Assembly (NCBI GenBank): GCA_031280685.1
Contig: JAITGM010000027.1
Location: 1,705 to 65,704, forward strand
From: Christensenellaceae bacterium
GTDB taxonomy: Bacteria; Bacillota; Clostridia; Christensenellales; UBA1750
Direction of reading: 5' to 3'
DNA: 64,000 bases
Part shown: positions 19,102 to 27,459 of the stretch, one piece after another
Layout: each line of letters starts with the position of its first letter
Position numbering within the stretch: position 1 is the stretch's first letter
Translations under genes and position numbers: made by a program
The notes under the pieces: generated by a model
Told to the model about the DNA's origin: nothing
Database searches by the model: none
The model's input: only the letters and a program-made list of their open reading frames with translations

Positions 19102-21567
19102 ATGCCCCCTCGCAAGAAGCAAGGCGAAAATACGCCGCCGCGCAACGAGATCATCCTGCAAAAGCCCATGGAAGAGATCATGCACGATTCCATGATCCCC
19201 TACGCGGAGTATGTCATTCTAGAGCGCGCCCTGCCCAGGGTGGAGGACGGCCTCAAGCCCGTGCAGCGGCGCATCCTCTACACGATGATGGAGCTTGCCC
19301 TGAGCCCCGATAAGCCGCACAGGAAGTCCGCGCGCATCGTGGGGGACGCGCTGGGCAAGTACCATCCCCACGGCGATGGCTCGGTTTATGACGCGATGGT
19401 GAGGATGGCACAGCCCTTTAACATGCGCGGCCTGCTGGTGGACGGGCACGGCAACTTTGGATCCGTCGATGGCGACAGCGCGGCCGCGATGCGCTACACA
19501 GAGGCGCGTATGGCGCCGCTTGCGATGGAGCTTCTGCGCGATATAGATAAAGACACGGTCGATTTTTCACTGAACTTCGACGATACCCTTCGCGAGCCCA
19601 AGATGCTGCCCGGCCGTTACCCCAACCTGCTCGTCAACGGCGCCTCGGGCATCGCTGTGGGCCTGGCCACGAATATTCCGCCCCATAATCTGGGGGAGGC
19701 CATCGCTGCGGCCATCGCCGTGATGGATAGGCCCATGATTTCCCTTGCGGAGCTCATGGAATCCATCCCCGCGCCGGACTTTCCCACCGGCGGCGAGCTG
19801 ATATGGAGCGACGAGATCGCAAAGGCATACGAAACCGGCCGCGGCAGGCTGCTCCTGCGGGCCAAGACCGCGATCGAGCGCCTTCCGGGCGGCAAGAGCG
19901 CGATCGCCATCACCGAGCTGCCCTATCAGGTCAACAAGGCCGGCCTGCTCGAGAAGATTCAAAGATTAACCGAAGAAAAAAAGGGCGTTTTGACGCAGAT
20001 CGCGGACATTCGCGACGAATCAGACCGCAGCGGCATGCGCGCGGTGATCGAATTGAAGCGCGACGCGGAGCCGGAGCGCGTGCTGGCTTACCTTTACAAG
20101 GTCAGCGATTTGCAGATCGCCTTTGGCGTCAATATGGTGGCCATCGCAGAGGGCAAGCCCATGCTCCTTGGCCTAAAGGCCCTGCTTGAGCGCTATGTGG
20201 CCTACCAGAAGGCTGTCGTCACAAGGCGCAGCAGGCATGAACTCAACCAGGCCGAGGCCCGTGCCCACGTGCTCGAGGGGCTGATCCGCGCCGTCGATCT
20301 GCTCGATGAGATCATCGCGCTCATCCGCGCCTCAAAATCACCCAGGGAGGCGCGCGAAGCCCTCGTGGCGCGCTTTGCCTTCAGCGAGATTCAGGCCCAG
20401 GCCATTCTCGACCTGCGCCTGCAAAGGCTGACGGGGCTTGAGATCCTGGCCCTGCGAAGGGAGGGGGAGGATCTAGCCAAGGAGATCAAGCGGCTGAACG
20501 GCATCTTATCGTCAGATGAGAAGCTGCGCGGCGTTTTGCGCGCCGAAATGCTTGAGATCAAGCAAAAATACGCGGATGCAAGGCGCACGAAGCTGATCTT
20601 GGGCGAGAGCGTTCCGGAATTTGACTTCGCCAAGGAAGAAAGGCAGGGCGAGCCCTGCGCCATGATTTGGACGGCGGGCGGCATGCTCAAGCGCATGGCG
20701 CCGCGGCTCTTCCAACGCCGGGAAGAAAGCGAGGATGCCCCCCGCGCCAGCCTGGAGATGAGGACAGACGAAAGCCTGCTGCTCTTCACATCAAAAGGCG
20801 CCTGCCACACCATTGAAGCGGGGCAGATTCCAGAGGCGAAGTGGAAGGATAGGGGCCTTTCTTTAAGCGGCCTGGTGCAGGGCCTAGAGAGTGGCGAGAG
20901 CCTCATCGCCTGGCAAAAAAAGAAAAAGGAGGGCGAAGGGGAGCTGCTCTTCTTCACCGCGCAGGGGCAGGCCAAGCGCACTGCGCTGAGTGAATTCGGC
21001 GCGCGCAAGGGCAGGGCGGCCGCGATCAGCCTAAAAAACGGCGACGAATTGCTGGCCGTGGAGCCTTATGCGGAGGGCGCGCTCGTGCTGCTGCTCAGCG
21101 CTCGGGGCATGTCGCTCTGCTTTCGGGCCGACGAGATCTCGCTCATGGGCCGCGCGGCAGCCGGGGTGCGCGCCATGACGCTGGAGCCTGGCGACAGGCT
21201 CCGCCTGGCCGCTCCCGCGGCGCAAGGCGCGGAGCTCTTCCTTCTGAGCGACAGGGGCTATGTCAAGCGCTGCCTGGCGCTCGACTTTGAACCCCAGCGC
21301 AGGGGGGGCAAGGGCGTAAAGGCCTTCCCCTTCAACAAAAACGGCTCGAACGGCGAAGCGCTGGCCGTGGCGGAGCTGTTAAACGAGCCCTGCGAGCTGC
21401 TCGTCGCCCAAAAGGACGGAACCAAGACCCGGGTGCGTAGCGAGGAGGCGCCGCTCCGGCCAAAGGGCGATAAGGGCGCGGTCTTTTTGCCGGTCTTCCT
21501 CGATAACATCGTGACCGGCGCGCAAAGGCTGGAGGAAAGGGCGGGCGAAAAGGCCGATGCTGATTGA
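19102..21567 (+). CDS. Type IIA DNA topoisomerase subunit A (GyrA/ParC family)
   Basis: Active-site region [10 protein letters not shown] and the [15 protein letters not shown] motif. I cannot decide between gyrase and topo IV from sequence alone; see the related finding. Confidence 0.85.
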   Translation: MPPRKKQGENTPPRNEIILQKPMEEIMHDSMIPYAEYVILERALPRVEDGLKPVQRRILYTMMELALSPDKPHRKSARIVGDALGKYHPHGDGSVYDAMVRMAQPFNMRGLLVDGHGNFGSVDGDSAAAMRYTEARMAPLAMELLRDIDKDTVDFSLNFDDTLREPKMLPGRYPNLLVNGASGIAVGLATNIPPHNLGEAIAAAIAVMDRPMISLAELMESIPAPDFPTGGELIWSDEIAKAYETGRGRLLLRAKTAIERLPGGKSAIAITELPYQVNKAGLLEKIQRLTEEKKGVLTQIADIRDESDRSGMRAVIELKRDAEPERVLAYLYKVSDLQIAFGVNMVAIAEGKPMLLGLKALLERYVAYQKAVVTRRSRHELNQAEARAHVLEGLIRAVDLLDEIIALIRASKSPREAREALVARFAFSEIQAQAILDLRLQRLTGLEILALRREGEDLAKEIKRLNGILSSDEKLRGVLRAEMLEIKQKYADARRTKLILGESVPEFDFAKEERQGEPCAMIWTAGGMLKRMAPRLFQRREESEDAPRASLEMRTDESLLLFTSKGACHTIEAGQIPEAKWKDRGLSLSGLVQGLESGESLIAWQKKKKEGEGELLFFTAQGQAKRTALSEFGARKGRAAAISLKNGDELLAVEPYAEGALVLLLSARGMSLCFRADEISLMGRAAAGVRAMTLEPGDRLRLAAPAAQGAELFLLSDRGYVKRCLALDFEPQRRGGKGVKAFPFNKNGSNGEALAVAELLNEPCELLVAQKDGTKTRVRSEEAPLRPKGDKGAVFLPVFLDNIVTGAQRLEERAGEKADAD

Positions 21568-22399
21568 TTTTCATGCCCATTGTTTCCCCGATGCGCTGGC
21601 AGGGCGCGCGATCGCGGCGCTTGCCGAGCGCAGCGGCCTGGCGCCCTGCTTTGAGGGCACGGTTTCAGGCTTCAAGGCTCTGATGGAGCGCGAAAGGGTT
21701 GACGGGGCGGTGCTGCTGAACATCGCCACCAACGAGCGCCAGCAGGGCAGGGTGAACGACTTTGCCATCGCGGTGCAGCTGGGAGAGCCAAAGCTTCATG
21801 CCTTCGGCTCGGTGCATCCAAAGGCCCCTGATTTTGAAGCGGAGCTTCTGCGCTTGAAGGGCGCGGGCATTCGCGGCGTCAAGCTCCACCCGGATTACAT
21901 CGCCACCTTTGCAGACGCGCCGGAGCTTGACCCAATCTATGAGCAGGCGGCGGCGCTCGGCCTTTGCGTGGTGCTGCACGCGGGCTGGGACTTCGTTTCG
22001 CCAAACCTGATCTACGCTACGCCCGAGCGCATCTTGAACGTGACAAAAAGGCACAAAACCCTAAACCTCATCGCCGCGCACCTGGGCGGCTTCCGGCAAT
22101 GGGCGGGTGCGGAAGCCCTTTTGGCCGGGCAAAATCTTTATTTAGATACATCGTTTGCCTTTGGCGAAATCGAGCCGGAGCAGGCCCGGCGCATCCTGCA
22201 AAAGCACGACGAAAACCGGCTGCTCTTTGGTTCCGACGCGCCCTGGCTCTCGCCGAAAAAGAGCTTCGAGGGCCTCGATTCGCTGCATTTCCCCGGCGCG
22301 TGGATGGAGAAGGTCTGCAGCGGCAACGCGCTGCGCTTGCTCGAGGAAGGAACGAAGAAGGGAACGCGCTGCATTTTGAAAAGAGAGAGATCTTCATAG
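21557..22399 (+). CDS. Amidohydrolase-family (TIM-barrel metal-dependent hydrolase) protein
   Basis: N-terminal [11 protein letters not shown], and a later GSDAPW motif. It overlaps the preceding gene by 11 nt. Confidence 0.7.
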   Translation: MLIDFHAHCFPDALAGRAIAALAERSGLAPCFEGTVSGFKALMERERVDGAVLLNIATNERQQGRVNDFAIAVQLGEPKLHAFGSVHPKAPDFEAELLRLKGAGIRGVKLHPDYIATFADAPELDPIYEQAAALGLCVVLHAGWDFVSPNLIYATPERILNVTKRHKTLNLIAAHLGGFRQWAGAEALLAGQNLYLDTSFAFGEIEPEQARRILQKHDENRLLFGSDAPWLSPKKSFEGLDSLHFPGAWMEKVCSGNALRLLEEGTKKGTRCILKRERSS

Positions 22400-22435
22400 A
22401 AGCTTTGAATGAACCCATTCTTCTTGCCCCAAATC

Positions 22436-23095
22436 TTAATAGACGGCCGCGCGCGGGCCGAACTTGCGCGGGAATGGGAACTGCCCAATGCATAGCGCTT
22501 TGGGCAGGAGGGGTTTGCCGGAGCCTATTCGCCGTACCTGGCAAAGCGGCTTGCAGGCACGGGTTTCGTCCGGCCAGCGCACGGTTGTGGGCTGGCCGTT
22601 TCAGCCCACGCAGGTCCAGTCGCCCGATTTGGTGTTGCGAATCGCGCCGGTCGGCTTTTCTCAAACGATTCTAAGCTTCCTTTCGCCGTGCGGGGCGCTG
22701 CTAAAGGCCGCGGAATCGCGGAAGTTGCCGCCGCGGAAGCTCAACACCCCGTCTACCTCGGCATAGGCCGCGCCGGAGCCGAAAGCCAGGGGCACCCGGC
22801 GCAAATAGCCTTCGATCGCCTTGCCTTTCTGAAGGACTTCGGCCTTCTGCAGGAGCAGCTCGGGCAAGAAGTCCGGCGCGGCGGAGGGGAGATAGGCAAA
22901 GCTCGGCGGCGGCGTTTCGCCGGGCGCGGACTCGGGCTCTGGGCTTGGCGCGGGACTGGGCGATGGCGTGGGTTCCGTCGTAGAGGCCTGCATAGGCGTG
23001 ACGAGCAGCGAAAGCGCGCTGGGCTGCGCCATGCAGGCGCCGAGCAGGGCTAAAAGGGCTAGAAATAGGCAAAGAAAGGGCAAAAGGCGGCGCAA
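22436..23095 (-). pseudogene. Decayed lipoprotein gene (N-terminal part of a larger secreted, probably beta-propeller, protein)
   Basis: Signal peptide plus lipobox LLGAC, then a Pro/Ser-rich linker. The frame continues past two in-frame TGA codons (RIV*EKP and CVG*NGQP) and ends after about 75 more codons, with no room for the rest of the protein. Confidence 0.5.
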
Positions 23096-23123
23096 GCCAA
23101 ATTCCTCCCGAAAGAGAAAATGG

Positions 23124-23161
23124 CAAAAAACACAACAGCCCTCGGCGCGGGCCGAGGGCTG
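23124..23161 (-). terminator. rpsT terminator
   Basis: On the minus strand, CAGCCCTCGGCCCGCGCCGAGGGCTG is followed by TTGTGTTTTTTGCC. Confidence 0.75.
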
Positions 23162-23184
23162 CGATACGCAAATAAGAAAGACGC

Positions 23185-23448
23185 TTAGGCGCGAGCAACC
23201 GCCCTGCGGGCCAACTGGGCCTTTTTACGGTTGGCGGCGTTTTTATGGATAACACCCTTGCTGGCAGCCTTATCGACCGCGCCGGAAGCGATGCGCAGCA
23301 TGCTTTCGACCTGGGCGGCATCCCCGCCCGCGACAGCGGCGTCAAACTTCTTAAGGAGGGTCTTCACGGAAGACTTCACCATGCGATTGCGCAGGTTCTT
23401 GGTTTTGCTCACCTTCACGCGCTTGATGGCGGACTTGATATTGGGCAT
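23185..23448 (-). CDS. rpsT: 30S ribosomal protein S20
   Basis: MPNIKSAIKRVKVSKTKNLRN is the canonical S20 N-terminus. The start is set at ATG 23448. Confidence 0.95.
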   Translation of the reverse strand: MPNIKSAIKRVKVSKTKNLRNRMVKSSVKTLLKKFDAAVAGGDAAQVESMLRIASGAVDKAASKGVIHKNAANRKKAQLARRAVARA

Positions 23449-23622
23449 TTCGTTGTCACCTCCCTTTGCCAAAGAATCAACGCACACAATCATAGCACAT
23501 CACTCCGCGCAAGGCAAGCCTTATTTTGGGGCAAGCGCGCTTTTTTCAGTTAAAAATGCGCAGGATTGGGCAAACTCAAGCTGAAAGCACGGCAATTGAC
23601 GCATGGCGGGAGGAGAAAAGGC

Positions 23623-24594
23623 TTGAATGAAGCGAATTTGGTCCGCACGGACCTGGCCCTGGAGGCGCGCGAGGCTGCTGGGGAAATCCCCGGCGTTTCG
23701 ATGGAGCAGGAGGAGCTGGACGGCACGACGATCACGCGGGTGAAGGTCTTCAGCCCCGAGGGCGCAAGGGCGCTGGGCAAGCCCATGGGTAATTACATCA
23801 CCCTTGAAAACGCGGCTCTTTCAGAGGCTGAGGCGCTGCGCGGCGGCGAGTTGGGCGCGGTGATCGCCAGGGAGATCCGCGCGCTGCTCAAGGCCGGCGA
23901 GGATGCCTGCCCGATGGTGGCCGGGCTTGGGAACCGCAACTTGACGCCGGATTCCCTGGGCCCGAGGGTCACGGAAGCGCTCTTCATTTCGCGCCACATC
24001 AAGGAAACCATGCCCGAGCTGCTCGACCAGAAGGTGCGGCCGGTCTGCGCGGTCAGCCCCGGCGTGATGGGCGAAACCGGCATAGAAACCGGGGAGCTGA
24101 TCCTGGCCGCGGTGCGGGCGGTGAAGCCAAGCTGCCTGATCGTGGTGGATTCCCTCGCCGCCAGAAGCGCCTCACGGGTGCTGGGCACGGTGCAGATCTC
24201 GGATGCCGGGGTTTCGCCGGGCAGCGGCGTGGGCAACCACCGCAGCGCGCTCACGAGGCAGAGCCTTTCGTTGCCCGTGATCGCCATCGGCGTGCCGATG
24301 GTGGTGCACGCGGCGGTTATCGGGCGGGACACGCTCGAACGCGCCATCGACGAGATCGCGGGTGGGGCGGGCGAAAATTCCGCGCTGGCCAAGGAGCTTG
24401 CGGCTTACCGCGAAGGCAGGGCGCTCGACGGCCTTTTGCGGCGCGCGCAGGGCGAGTTGATGCAGAACTTCGTGGTTACGCCGATTTCCATAGACGAAGC
24501 CGTGCGCAACGTGGCGCAGTTGGTGGCCGAAGGCATCAACCTTTGCCTGCAGCCCGAAATGAGCCGGGAGGAGATCCTGGCGCTGACGCTTTAA
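23623..24594 (+). CDS. gpr: Spore germination protease GPR
   Basis: VRTDLALEAREA, the ITRV...G.YITLE pattern and GNRNLTPDSLGP match the GPR endopeptidase family. The TTG start at 23623 follows GGGAGGAG. Divergent from rpsT, as in Bacillus. Confidence 0.8.
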   Translation: MNEANLVRTDLALEAREAAGEIPGVSMEQEELDGTTITRVKVFSPEGARALGKPMGNYITLENAALSEAEALRGGELGAVIAREIRALLKAGEDACPMVAGLGNRNLTPDSLGPRVTEALFISRHIKETMPELLDQKVRPVCAVSPGVMGETGIETGELILAAVRAVKPSCLIVVDSLAARSASRVLGTVQISDAGVSPGSGVGNHRSALTRQSLSLPVIAIGVPMVVHAAVIGRDTLERAIDEIAGGAGENSALAKELAAYREGRALDGLLRRAQGELMQNFVVTPISIDEAVRNVAQLVAEGINLCLQPEMSREEILALTL

Positions 24595-24599
24595 GGGGG

Positions 24600-24812
24600 A
24601 AGGGCTTGAGGAGCAGGCTGCGCAAGGGTTCAGCGAAGTCGCTCGGCCCCGGCTTTCGGGGGCCAACCGAAGGCTCTGCCTTCGGGAACTGCAAGCCGGA
24701 GCCTCGGCGCAGGCCTTCGGCCTGTGGCCGGGCTCGCTTGCGGGTGGCCGCGCGCAGCGCGGCGTTGGCCCCTTCGGCGCGCGAGCGCAGCGAGCGCGCC
24801 CGTTCTTGGCCG
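24600..24812. repeat. Intergenic island C of GC-rich stem-loops, colinear with part of island A
   Basis: Hairpins include CCGAAGG-CTCTG-CCTTCGG, AGGCC-TTC-GGCCT and GCCGCGC-GCA-GCGCGGC (24747-24764). The core lies at 24777-24803, followed by TCTTGG at 24804-24809. Confidence 0.7.
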
Positions 24813-24816
24813 GGGT

Positions 24817-25650
24817 CTATTCCTCCTCGACTGGGATCCAGATTTCAACCAGGCTCAGGTCCGCGGCTTCATCCCAAAGGATGTATTTTTCTATGGTGGG
24901 CAAATCGGCCTTTTGGTAGTTGCTTTGGGGCAAAAATTCCTCGTTTATGCGCCGCCAGGCGGCGCCCAGCGCGTTTTGGCTGATCTTCCCCTTCGCCTCA
25001 AAGCGCAGCCAGCCGGCCGTGGGGAATTCGAAGGCGTCCAGCTCCGGCGGCGTCTCGCCCGCCCACTCGATGGCGCACATATAGTCGTCGCCACCGTCCT
25101 CACCGAAGCCGAAGCAAAGGCCCAGGTCGAAAAAACTGCCGCTGAGCGCCTTGATCGCTTCGTTGCTGCCATCGCCCTTGACGATCGCCCAGGTGCCGCC
25201 GCCGTAGGGCGTCGTGCGGCGAACGCCGACGACGCGGAAGCCCGTCCTTTGCAAAAAAGCGTAGTCCATGGTGATCTCTCCTTTCATCGCGAGTGAAAAT
25301 TGAAGCCTTGCGTGGAACTTGAGGGTGACGCCGCCCTTGCGCGCGGCGGAGGGGCTGACGCCATGCAGGCGCTTGAACGCCACGGCAAATGCATCGGCCG
25401 AGCGGTAGCCGTATTTCAGCCCAAGGTCGATGAGCCTTTCGCTGCTGCCCAACAGCTCGCAGGCGGCAAGGCTGAGCTTTCTGCGGCGGATATAGTCGGC
25501 AACGCTAAGGTTTGTGAGCTGCGCAAAAATCGCCTGAAACTGGGCGTAGCTGGCCGCCGTAATGGAAGCGATGCGCACTTTGCTGATCTCGCCCGCGAGA
25601 TTTTCTTCGATGTAGTCCACCGCTTGGTTGAGCCTGCCAACGAAGTCCAC
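24817..25650 (-). CDS. AraC-family transcriptional regulator with GyrI-like effector-binding domain
   Basis: N-terminal HTH region (LSVADYIRRRKLSLAACELL, GYRSADAFAVAFKRLHGVSP) and a C-terminal GyrI-like/SOUL-type domain. The GTG start at 25650 follows AAAGGAGG. Confidence 0.8.
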   Translation of the reverse strand: MDFVGRLNQAVDYIEENLAGEISKVRIASITAASYAQFQAIFAQLTNLSVADYIRRRKLSLAACELLGSSERLIDLGLKYGYRSADAFAVAFKRLHGVSPSAARKGGVTLKFHARLQFSLAMKGEITMDYAFLQRTGFRVVGVRRTTPYGGGTWAIVKGDGSNEAIKALSGSFFDLGLCFGFGEDGGDDYMCAIEWAGETPPELDAFEFPTAGWLRFEAKGKISQNALGAAWRRINEEFLPQSNYQKADLPTIEKYILWDEAADLSLVEIWIPVEEE

Positions 25651-25855
25651 GGCTGCATTCCTCCTTTCCCATGGGGAAGAGTATAGCGCGGAAACGGCCC
25701 TTCCGCCCGTCAGTTTGCCCATGATCCCGAACGGGCTAGGGCTTCTTCATAGGGGGAAGTATAGCAGGATGGCGGGCAAAGAGAAAGCGCCCCGCTTTTG
25801 CACCGTTTTTGGGCAAAAGAGGAACGCTTTTGGGCAAAAGGGGAAGAGGCGCGCC

Positions 25856-27094
25856 TCAGCCCTCGCGTATCGAGAAGCCCTCGGCTTCGTCAGTCGCCCG
25901 CTGGCGCCTGAAGAGGAAGAAGAACACCACGGCTACCAGGGCGAGCAGGCAGCTTGTGACCAAAAAGACGTTGCGCAGGCCGCCCAGCGCGCCAGAGAGC
26001 AAGCCGCCCAGCAGCGAGCCGAAGATTGGCCCGATGCCTGCCGACATGATCGACCACAGGCCCTGGCCGGTCGCGCGCATTTCGCCTGGGACGATCGAGC
26101 GGATATAGGGCGCCATGCGCACCCACAGGGGCCCGAACATCAGCGCGTGGAAGATGGCGCTCGTCATCATGACGAAGGCGTTCGGCGCCAAAAAGATGAT
26201 GAGCGAGCGGCCGACTCCGGCCAGCGGCGCGAGCAGGAAGACCGTGTAGACGTTCAGGCGGTTGATGAACTTGGAGCCGACCAGCATCAGCGCGGCTTCC
26301 AGCGTGATGGATATGGCGGAGAGCAGGCTGAACATGCCGATGCCGGCATTTAGGCCCGCTGAGGTGGCGAAATACACCCCGAGGAAGGTATTTAGGCAGC
26401 TGACCGAACTGAAATGGCAGACGCCAAAGGCGAGCAGCAGCAAAAGGCGCTTATTCTGGAGCACCTCCCTCAGGCCGATCTTTTTTGCGGCCCCGCCGCC
26501 ATGGGCGTGGCCCTTCGTGGGCGGCATGAAAAACAGCGGCAGCAGCGCCAGTAATGCCACGGCAGACATCAGCATGAAGGCCGTATTCGTGTCGATATCC
26601 TGAATGAAACTAACAACAATGGCCATGCCGGCCGCGCCGCCTGACGAAAAGCACTTGATCGCGCCAAAGCGCAGCCGCACGCGGGGCATGTTCTCGACCA
26701 CGATGGTGTCAGTCAGCGCTTGCGGCGCCAGAAGGAAGAGATAGAGCGCCGCGATCGAGAGAAGCAGGGTTGTCAGGGAATTATGCCGGGGCAGGATGAA
26801 CAGCCAGACGGTGGCGGCGACGCCCAGAAGCGCCACCATGAGGATGAAGTTCTTGGTTCTTGCATGATCCGCGATGATGCCCCAAATGGGTTGCATCAGG
26901 GCGGTGATGAGTGCGCCCAGAGCGGTGGCCAGGCCGATGGTCGCGCTGGTGGCGAAGGGCAGGGAACTAATATAGATGGGCAGGAAGCTATTGCCGAGGA
27001 ACTGGGAACCCCAAACGATAAAATATAAAGACACCATCGCCAGGGTGATGTGATTTTGCGCCTTCTCTGAAACGGGAAGCGTCGATTCCGACAT
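25856..27094 (-). CDS. MFS transporter
   Basis: 412 aa of repeated hydrophobic helices, about 12 transmembrane segments, with typical MFS loop motifs. Confidence 0.8.
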   Translation of the reverse strand: MSESTLPVSEKAQNHITLAMVSLYFIVWGSQFLGNSFLPIYISSLPFATSATIGLATALGALITALMQPIWGIIADHARTKNFILMVALLGVAATVWLFILPRHNSLTTLLLSIAALYLFLLAPQALTDTIVVENMPRVRLRFGAIKCFSSGGAAGMAIVVSFIQDIDTNTAFMLMSAVALLALLPLFFMPPTKGHAHGGGAAKKIGLREVLQNKRLLLLLAFGVCHFSSVSCLNTFLGVYFATSAGLNAGIGMFSLLSAISITLEAALMLVGSKFINRLNVYTVFLLAPLAGVGRSLIIFLAPNAFVMMTSAIFHALMFGPLWVRMAPYIRSIVPGEMRATGQGLWSIMSAGIGPIFGSLLGGLLSGALGGLRNVFLVTSCLLALVAVVFFFLFRRQRATDEAEGFSIREG

Positions 27095-27281
27095 GGGCCA
27101 AAACGCCTTCTTTCGTGTTCTTTCCTCATTCTTTGTCGCACGTCCCTGCGGGCCGTCAACGGGAAGTATACAGGAATGGACGACAAAATACCAGCGCAGC
27201 GCACCATCCGCCGTGTAAAAGAATGACGAAGAGCGGGGCAGGATGGCCTTGAAGCCCGAAGGCAGGGCCGCCCCGCGCGAT

Positions 27282-27310
27282 TTGACAAGAGAGGTCGGTG
27301 CTGTTATGAT
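27282..27310 (+). promoter_or_regulatory. Strong sigma-A type promoter of the Ni/Co ECF transporter-larBE cluster
   Basis: TTGACA (27282-27287), a 17-nt spacer, then TATGAT (27305-27310). Confidence 0.6.
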
Positions 27311-27330
27311 ACGAAGCGATAGGCAAAAGA

Positions 27331-27349
27331 GTATATCAAGAAGGTATAC
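27331..27349. promoter_or_regulatory. Candidate operator, inverted repeat GTATA-N9-TATAC just downstream of the -10
   Basis: GTATATCAAGAAGGTATAC. The half-sites resemble the E. coli NikR half-site GTATGA/TCATAC, but the spacing differs. Confidence 0.3.
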
Positions 27350-27459
27350 GGAGCCTGAAAAACCGTTCTTTCGGCAAAAAACATGCCATGAAGGCAGTGA
27401 GCGCGCCGGGAACCGGCGCGCAAGGCCTTTGCGGCATTTTATTTGCGGGAGGGATTTTC

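Noticed and set aside
22436-22663. The in-frame TGA codons as selenocysteine or alternative-genetic-code signals.
   Set aside because: TGA is used as an ordinary stop by several well-supported genes in the window. I saw no SECIS-like hairpin immediately downstream, and the gene is also truncated. Pseudogenisation is the simpler explanation.
27311-27459. A cobalamin or NiCo riboswitch upstream of the CbiMN-type transporter.
   Set aside because: I could not find a B12 box or the conserved junction nucleotides I remember for these classes. Only generic hairpins are visible. The leader is kept as an unassigned regulatory region, not called as a riboswitch.
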